From an uncultured Verrucomicrobiae bacterium (lineage in GTDB: Bacteria; Verrucomicrobiota; Verrucomicrobiia; Chthoniobacterales; UBA10450), in NCBI GenBank assembly GCA_963735805.1, contig CAVTMK010000002.1, forward strand, positions 608,001 through 672,000: DNA of 64,000 nucleotides, given 5' to 3'. Below are positions 57,950 to 64,000 of this stretch, in pieces; within the stretch, counting starts at the first letter, position 1, and every line of letters starts with the position of its first letter. The notes below the pieces were generated by a model. It saw nothing but the letters and a program-made list of their open reading frames with translations, did no database searches and was not told where the DNA came from. A program made the position numbers and the translations under genes.

Positions 57950-59047
57950 ATGAATGCAGTGATCGCATGCGGAGGAACTGGTGGACATCTCTTTCCCGGG
58001 ATCGCCGTGGCAGAAGTGCTGCGCGACCGCGGCCACGAAGTGATGCTGTTAGTTTCAGAGAAAGACATTGATGCTTTGGCACTTTCCGGTCGCGAAAGTT
58101 TCCGAGTGGAAAAATTGCCCACCGTGGGACTCCCGTCGCCATTTTCCCCGGCTTTTTTTGGTTTCCTTGGCCGTTTTTACGAAAGCCTGGCGCTTTGCCG
58201 TTCCATTTACCGTACATTCAAACCCCAGGTCGTCCTGGGGATGGGCGGATTTACTTCCACCGCGCCAGTACTCGCAGGTCGGATACGTGGCATCCCCACT
58301 TTCATTCACGAATCAAACGCGGTTCCTGGAAAAGCGAACCGTTTAACGGCGCGGATAGTGCGCACAGTCATGCTCGGTTTTAAGGAATGCGCGCCTTTTT
58401 TCCCAAAGACCAATACAGAAGTGACAGGCACCCCGGTTCGGACCGAGCTGGTTCGTTTGGATCGACTGCTGGCGCGTCAAAAACTCGGGTTACGCGATGA
58501 CCTTCCCACGCTGCTTGTAATGGGAGGCAGCCAGGGCGCGAGCGGAATTAATCAGGCAATGATTAAAGCGCTCCCGTTTTTGCGGAGCGCTGCGTTGCAA
58601 GTGATCCACCTTTCCGGCACACGCGATGAACGTCTGCTCGCGGATAATTATCGTCGCGAAAATGTTTCCGCGCATATCGCTGCCTTTCATCATCGAATGG
58701 AAGAAGCTTATAGCGCTGCCGATCTCGTGGTTGCGCGTGCCGGGGCGGCCAGTCTCGCAGAGTTCGCCGCCTTTTCATTGCCCGGCATCCTGATTCCATT
58801 TCCGTATGCGACCGATGATCATCAAACCCGCAACGCGGAGATCTATGCTCGTGTTCAGGCAGCGATTCTCCTCAGGGAGTCAGAACTCTCCGGCGAACTG
58901 CTCGCGCGAAAAATTCGGGAGTTGATCGAAGATCCGGAACGGATTCGGCAAATGGCTATGAATTCCTCGCGCCTGGCGCCGCAAGACGCGGCCGGGCGCG
59001 TCGCCACGACCATGGAAAGATATACAACCCATGAAGCCCGTCTCTGA
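57950..59047 (+). CDS. murG: Lipid II GlcNAc transferase
   Basis: GGTGGHLFP, HESNAVPG.AN, GGSQGA, RAGA, HQ..NA. Confidence 0.97.
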   Translation: MNAVIACGGTGGHLFPGIAVAEVLRDRGHEVMLLVSEKDIDALALSGRESFRVEKLPTVGLPSPFSPAFFGFLGRFYESLALCRSIYRTFKPQVVLGMGGFTSTAPVLAGRIRGIPTFIHESNAVPGKANRLTARIVRTVMLGFKECAPFFPKTNTEVTGTPVRTELVRLDRLLARQKLGLRDDLPTLLVMGGSQGASGINQAMIKALPFLRSAALQVIHLSGTRDERLLADNYRRENVSAHIAAFHHRMEEAYSAADLVVARAGAASLAEFAAFSLPGILIPFPYATDDHQTRNAEIYARVQAAILLRESELSGELLARKIRELIEDPERIRQMAMNSSRLAPQDAAGRVATTMERYTTHEARL

Positions 59048-61397
59048 AAATCACGGCGTGGGCGCGCAACCTCCGCCGTGGACCGGCCCCGTTGCCACGA
59101 GCGAGCGCGCCGTACCGCTTGATCTACCCGGGTTTCTGACGCGTGAGCATCACCGGGTTCATTTAGTTGGTGTCGCCGGCAGTGGTATGAGTGGTATCGC
59201 TGCGCTTTTGATCGAGCTCGGGCACACAGTCAGCGGATCGGACAAGGTTCGTACAATGGAAACGGATCGATTGCAGCGCCTCGGTTTGCGTTTTTCTGAG
59301 CAGCATCGACCGGAGGATACTGACGCCACTGAGCTCATTGTCTTTTCTTCCGCGATCAAGAGCGACAATCCAATTCTTATTGGTGCGCGCAATTGTGGAA
59401 AACCAACCGTACGACGCGCCGAAGCTTTGGCCGCGATCATGCGCCATAAACGTGGCGTGCTCATCGCCGGAATGCACGGCAAGACGACAACCTCGGCAAT
59501 GACGGCACACGTGTTGCGCGAAGGCGGGTTGCATCCGTCCCATTACGTCGGCGCCGAGATTCCGATTCTGGGAACGAACGCGCACTGGGATTCGCGCGGG
59601 GAATATTTTGTCGCCGAAGGAGACGAAAGCGACGGCACGATCGCGCTCTTTCGCCCGGAGCACACGCTGATTCTCAACATCGAGGAGGAGCACCTCGATT
59701 TTTATGCCGACCTGAGTGCGATTGAAAGGGTTTTCGCACAACTGATTACTCAAACCACCGGCAAAGTGTTCTATAACATCGACGAGAAGAACGCTGCGCG
59801 GATAGGTCGATCTTTGACTCGTGGAATTTCCTACGGTTTCGCCGACAACGCCGATTATCGCGCTGTAGATATTAGGCTGGAAAGTTTTGGTTCAACCTTC
59901 CAGGTAAAACATCGCGCACAAGAACTCGGCGAAGCGGTTTTGAATGTGCCGGGGGAGCATAACGTCCACAATGCGCTGGGAGTGATCGCGCTTGCATCGG
60001 AGCTCGGCGTCGCGTTTGAAAAAATCGCGAAATCGCTTGCGAAATTCGAGCACGCGCGCCGCCGGTTCGAAATCAAATACGATAGCCCGCGATTTCTTTT
60101 AGTGGATGATTACGGACATCATCCAACTGAGATCCGAGCCACGGTAAGGACAGCGAGATCGGTGGGGCGCAAGCGCGTGCTCACGATGTTTCAACCGCAC
60201 CGTTATTCGCGCACGAAAGCATTGCGAACGGAATTTGGTCGCGCGTTCGACGATGCAGACCGCGTGGTCGTGACGGACGTTTATGGATCGAATGAAGCGC
60301 CAATTCCGGGAGTGACGGGACGAATGATCGCAGACGAAATCGCAGCGCACGGACATCAAGGCGCCAGTTATGAGCCCCGGTTGGAACGGGTCCATCGAGT
60401 GGTAGGCAACATGCTCGAGTCCGGCGATCTAATTTTGAGTCTCGGGGCGGGAAATATCCACGAGCAATTATCTGTCCTCGCTGCAGACTTGGTGATCGCG
60501 GAGAAATTGAAGGCGATCGTGGGTGAAGATGGTGACGTCCGTCTTTACGAGCCGCTCTCAAAACATACGACTTTGCGCGTGGGCGGTCCAGCGCAATTCT
60601 GGGTCGAGCCGCCGAATGAGAAGGCTTTGGCCGAATTGATCAGGTTTTGCCGGGACGACAATCTTCCACTTTTCGTGATGGGGCGCGGATCAAATCTTCT
60701 GGTCCGCGATGGTGGTATTCGCGGTCTGGTCGTTCATCCGCGCGGGGGCGACTTCGACCAGATCGAAATCAACGGTGCTGAAATCACCGCGGGCGTTGGG
60801 GCGAAATTAAAGGAAGTGGCGTATGCGGGGAAGGCGGCCGGCATCGGGGGGCTGGAGTGGATGGAAGGAATACCAGGTGCCGTTGGTGGCGGCTTGCGCA
60901 TGAACGCAGGCGCGATGGGGGCGCAAACTTTCGAGAACGTCGTGCGTGTTCGTTATCTTGATTCGAATGGCGACGCGCATACAAAGACGCGCGACGAATT
61001 GGAAGTCTATTACCGCAATTTCCCGTTGCTGGAGAAAAATTTCGCCGTGTCTGCCGTTTTTCGCGGCCAGCCTGCGCCCGTCCAGGAAATCGCGCGCAAG
61101 CTGGAAGCGTCGCAGGAGAAACGGCGCACATCACAACCCGCGGCGAAAAGCGCCGGCTGCATTTTCAAAAATCCTGATTCATGCCCCGCGGGGAAGCTCG
61201 TTGACGAGTTGGGCTTAAAAAATTTCCGTGTTGGAAGAGCGCGAGTATCCGAGATACACGGTAATTTCATTGTCAACGACGGCGGCGCGACCGCAGCCGA
61301 AGTGCTGGAATTAATCGACAAAATCAAGGCGACTGCGCGGACTAAACGCGGAATCGAGTTGGAGACCGAAGTGCAAATCGTGGGAGAGCCGGGGTGA
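59031..61397 (+). CDS. murC: Fused MurC-MurB
   Basis: MurC: GVAGSGMSG, HGKTTT, EGDESDG, DDYGHHPTE, FQPHRYSR. MurB: HTTLRVGGPA, GRGSNLLV, GIPG.VGG..MNAG, SAGCIFKNP, HGNFIVN, LETEV. One ORF. Confidence 0.93.
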   Translation: MKPVSENHGVGAQPPPWTGPVATSERAVPLDLPGFLTREHHRVHLVGVAGSGMSGIAALLIELGHTVSGSDKVRTMETDRLQRLGLRFSEQHRPEDTDATELIVFSSAIKSDNPILIGARNCGKPTVRRAEALAAIMRHKRGVLIAGMHGKTTTSAMTAHVLREGGLHPSHYVGAEIPILGTNAHWDSRGEYFVAEGDESDGTIALFRPEHTLILNIEEEHLDFYADLSAIERVFAQLITQTTGKVFYNIDEKNAARIGRSLTRGISYGFADNADYRAVDIRLESFGSTFQVKHRAQELGEAVLNVPGEHNVHNALGVIALASELGVAFEKIAKSLAKFEHARRRFEIKYDSPRFLLVDDYGHHPTEIRATVRTARSVGRKRVLTMFQPHRYSRTKALRTEFGRAFDDADRVVVTDVYGSNEAPIPGVTGRMIADEIAAHGHQGASYEPRLERVHRVVGNMLESGDLILSLGAGNIHEQLSVLAADLVIAEKLKAIVGEDGDVRLYEPLSKHTTLRVGGPAQFWVEPPNEKALAELIRFCRDDNLPLFVMGRGSNLLVRDGGIRGLVVHPRGGDFDQIEINGAEITAGVGAKLKEVAYAGKAAGIGGLEWMEGIPGAVGGGLRMNAGAMGAQTFENVVRVRYLDSNGDAHTKTRDELEVYYRNFPLLEKNFAVSAVFRGQPAPVQEIARKLEASQEKRRTSQPAAKSAGCIFKNPDSCPAGKLVDELGLKNFRVGRARVSEIHGNFIVNDGGATAAEVLELIDKIKATARTKRGIELETEVQIVGEPG

Positions 61398-61399
61398 TA

Positions 61400-62338
61400 A
61401 TGGGAACACTTCAAAACTTACCAAAAAAAATCGCAGTCCTAATGGGCGGGCCGGGTTCGGAACGCGATGTGTCGCTGGCCACTGGTCGAGGAGTTTCCAA
61501 AGCGCTCCGTTCACTGGGTGCGGATGTTGTCGACGTCGATGTTCAGGACGAACGCTTTGTGCTTCCGAAAGATGTCGATCTTGCCTTCATTACCATTCAC
61601 GGAACTTTCGGTGAAGACGGCCAGCTCCAGAAAATTCTAGAGGAGCGCGGCGTGCCTTATACCGGTGACGGCGTTGAGGCAAGTCGGACTGCGTTCGATA
61701 AAATTCTGTCGAAAGAAAAATTTCGCGAGCACAACATCGTTACTCCAGAATGGGAAGTCGTCGAAATTGGTAAACGCCCAACGATTTCGGTTCCGCTGGT
61801 AGTCAAGCCCGCCCGACAAGGTTCCACCGTTGGCGTGGTGATTGTAAAAAACGCCAGAGAGCTGGATTCGGCGATGGAGGAAGCCGGCAAGTACGATCAA
61901 AGATTGTTAATAGAAAAATTTGTATCCGGCCGCGAGTTGACGATAGGTGTCCTTGGTGATCAAGCCCTGCCGATTCTTGAAATAATTCCAAAGGGCGGTT
62001 TTTACGACTTCAACAACAAGTACCCTTTCCTGAATCCGCAGGGCGGCGGCGGCGCCGAGCATGTTTGCCCGGCGAAAATTGAACCGAATAAGACGAAACA
62101 AATTCAGGAAGAGGCGCTGCGTGCTTTTCGCGCCCTTGGCCTGGTTGTTTATGCCCGCGTGGACGTCCTGCTTTCCGATTCAGGTGATCCGTTCGTGCTG
62201 GAAGTGAACACGATTCCAGGTATGACGGAGGCCAGCCTGCTTCCAGAGGCCGCCGCAGCTGCCGGCATCAATTATGTCGATCTTTGTGCGCGTATCATCG
62301 CGCTTTCTCGCACCAGAACAGAACGGAGCTTGAAATGA
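61400..62338 (+). CDS. ddl: D-alanine--D-alanine ligase
   Basis: GGPGSERDVSL, HGTFGEDG, GSTVG, EVNTIPGMT..SLLP. Confidence 0.96.
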   Translation: MGTLQNLPKKIAVLMGGPGSERDVSLATGRGVSKALRSLGADVVDVDVQDERFVLPKDVDLAFITIHGTFGEDGQLQKILEERGVPYTGDGVEASRTAFDKILSKEKFREHNIVTPEWEVVEIGKRPTISVPLVVKPARQGSTVGVVIVKNARELDSAMEEAGKYDQRLLIEKFVSGRELTIGVLGDQALPILEIIPKGGFYDFNNKYPFLNPQGGGGAEHVCPAKIEPNKTKQIQEEALRAFRALGLVVYARVDVLLSDSGDPFVLEVNTIPGMTEASLLPEAAAAAGINYVDLCARIIALSRTRTERSLK

Positions 62339-63420
62339 GGCCCGCGCAGAGACGTTCTCAATCACGTAATCGGCGAGTGTCCAATGTGCGCCAGCGGCGC
62401 CAGCAACACTTGCTTGATGTGAAGGTTCGCTCTCGCAGAGCGGCACAACACCGGGCGCGAAGAGCACTCGCAGTTCTCTCCCGAGTGGTATTGCTCGCCG
62501 CGTTGTGTGCCGCCGTTTATGCGGGGACCCGCGAAGCCGCAAGGCGTCTGTTTTTCGAAAATCCGGATTATCAGCTGAAGACGATTGAATTCCAGACGGA
62601 CGGAACCTTGCAACGCGAGCAGATCTTGAACGCCGTCGACCTCCATGAAGGCGAAAATATTTTCCGCGTGAATCTGGCTCGCGTTCACGATGTGATACAG
62701 CAACTGCCGCAGAGCGACGAAGTGCAGATCGTACGGAAACTGCCTTCGGAAATTGATATTCGTGTGGTGGAACGAAAGCCAGTCGCGTGGATCACGAGCG
62801 ACAAGGAAATTTCCGATCCATTTGCTTCAGAAGCTGCTTTTCTGGTGGATGCACGCGGTGTTTTGATGAAAGAAAAGAAGTTGTTGCCCGAATATCTCGG
62901 ATTGCCGGTCATCCTGGGATGCTCCAGCGAATCGCTCGAGGCGGGCAAAGTCGTCGAATCGTCTGAAGCAAAGACCGCCCTCGAATTGCTGCGTCTAAGC
63001 GCGCGGAGTTTCTTGCAAATGCGCTTTCAGATCCGCGAGATCGACGTTTCCGAAAGTTATCGTCTGCTGGTAACCGACAAGGATCATAGCCGCGTAACGT
63101 TTGGTTATAATGATCTCGAAACGCAATTGCGCCGGCTGGAACAATTCCTCGTCTATTGTGACGATTCAAAACAGGAACTCGCGACGTTAAACCTGCTCGT
63201 GCAACGAAATATCCCGGTGACTTTCGCACCGAGGGCGGCCGCAGTCATTAACGATACCATCGAGCCTCCGGTAGAACCGCGAATTATGAAGGCGATTCCG
63301 GTGCATCCTTCTGAAACCGCCCCTCGTCAAGGGTCTCGAGGACCAGGGACGGTGTCACCTCCGCCCAAGACGCGTGCCAGTTCAAAACCGCCCCCCAAAG
63401 CAATTTCCATTCAGCGATAG
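62335..63420 (+). CDS. ftsQ: Cell division protein FtsQ/DivIB
   Basis: Basic N-terminus, TM, POTRA-like region, VVERKPVA, LVDARG; between ddl and ftsA. Confidence 0.85.
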   Translation: MRPAQRRSQSRNRRVSNVRQRRQQHLLDVKVRSRRAAQHRARRALAVLSRVVLLAALCAAVYAGTREAARRLFFENPDYQLKTIEFQTDGTLQREQILNAVDLHEGENIFRVNLARVHDVIQQLPQSDEVQIVRKLPSEIDIRVVERKPVAWITSDKEISDPFASEAAFLVDARGVLMKEKKLLPEYLGLPVILGCSSESLEAGKVVESSEAKTALELLRLSARSFLQMRFQIREIDVSESYRLLVTDKDHSRVTFGYNDLETQLRRLEQFLVYCDDSKQELATLNLLVQRNIPVTFAPRAAAVINDTIEPPVEPRIMKAIPVHPSETAPRQGSRGPGTVSPPPKTRASSKPPPKAISIQR

Positions 63421-63436
63421 AAAACGGATTAACACA

Positions 63437-64000
63437 ATGGCGAGCAATAATTTGATGATTGGTCTTGAGATTGGAACTTCGAAAATCTGTGTTGTTGTCG
63501 GCGAGAGCCGGCCTGACGGCACCGTCAAGATTCTCGGCGTCGGACAGACGCCATCACGCGGCGTGCGTAAGGGCGAAATCGTTGATTTTGAAACAGCGAT
63601 GAAATGCGTCCATGAAGCTGTGGTCGATGCCGAACAAAAAAGCGATGTCATGATTCGGAGCGTTTATGTCGCTGTTGGCGGGTCGCACCTTCAAAGCTTC
63701 AATAATCGCGGATGCGTCACGCTGTCGGAGGATCGGGATGAAATTGACGACCAAGATGTCGAAGACGTGAAAATCAATGCGCGTGAGGTGAGCATTCCCG
63801 CGCAAAACGCTTTCCTTCATTCGATCATTCAGCATTATCATGTCGATGGACAGAACGGTGTGCTGAACCCAGTCGGCATGCTGGCGCAGAGATTAGAAGC
63901 CGACTTCCACATTATTCACGGTGTCCGGACGCGGATCCAGAACACGATCCGGTGCGTGAAAGAATTGCCGTTGGACGTGGAAGACGTGGTTTTTGGCGGC
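63437..64000 (+). CDS. ftsA: Cell division protein FtsA (partial, runs off right edge)
   Basis: Manual translation MASNNLMIGLEIGTSKICVVVGE...GVRKGEIVD...NPVGM. Confidence 0.95.
   Translation, partial: MASNNLMIGLEIGTSKICVVVGESRPDGTVKILGVGQTPSRGVRKGEIVDFETAMKCVHEAVVDAEQKSDVMIRSVYVAVGGSHLQSFNNRGCVTLSEDRDEIDDQDVEDVKINAREVSIPAQNAFLHSIIQHYHVDGQNGVLNPVGMLAQRLEADFHIIHGVRTRIQNTIRCVKELPLDVEDVVFGG

Overview
Bacterial chromosomal window, most consistent with Verrucomicrobiota (Chthoniobacterales/'Ca. Udaeobacter'-like). The lineage is inferred from TGTTC-N4-GAACA LexA boxes, a VPDSG-CTERM-type protein, a LysM gene between murD and ftsW, and a MurC-MurB fusion. Most of the window is housekeeping: rplM-rpsI, proS, ileS-lspA-cca-glgA, rplU-rpmA-adk-fmt, pyrH-frr, gnd, moaE-pgsA, fabF/guaB3/exbBD, a dcw cluster from mraZ to ftsA, tRNA-Tyr and tRNA-Gly. 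The most striking feature is an SOS mutasome with ImuB apparently split into two genes about 20 kb apart: lexA-imuA-imuB(N-half) at 5.2-7.2 kb and imuB(C-half)-dnaE2 at 27.3-31.7 kb. Each part lies behind a near-identical LexA box. Other points: REP-like palindromes, several inserted in frame in coding genes; an orphan KS/CLF-like pair; a GlgA lacking KTGGL; and a decayed integrase-less island at tRNA-Gly. The island region has a 25-bp att repeat, a 204-bp duplicated module, an orphan LexA box, a GH18-like enzyme and a secreted beta-helix/FG-GAP protein. All calls are from motif recognition by eye; no searches were run.
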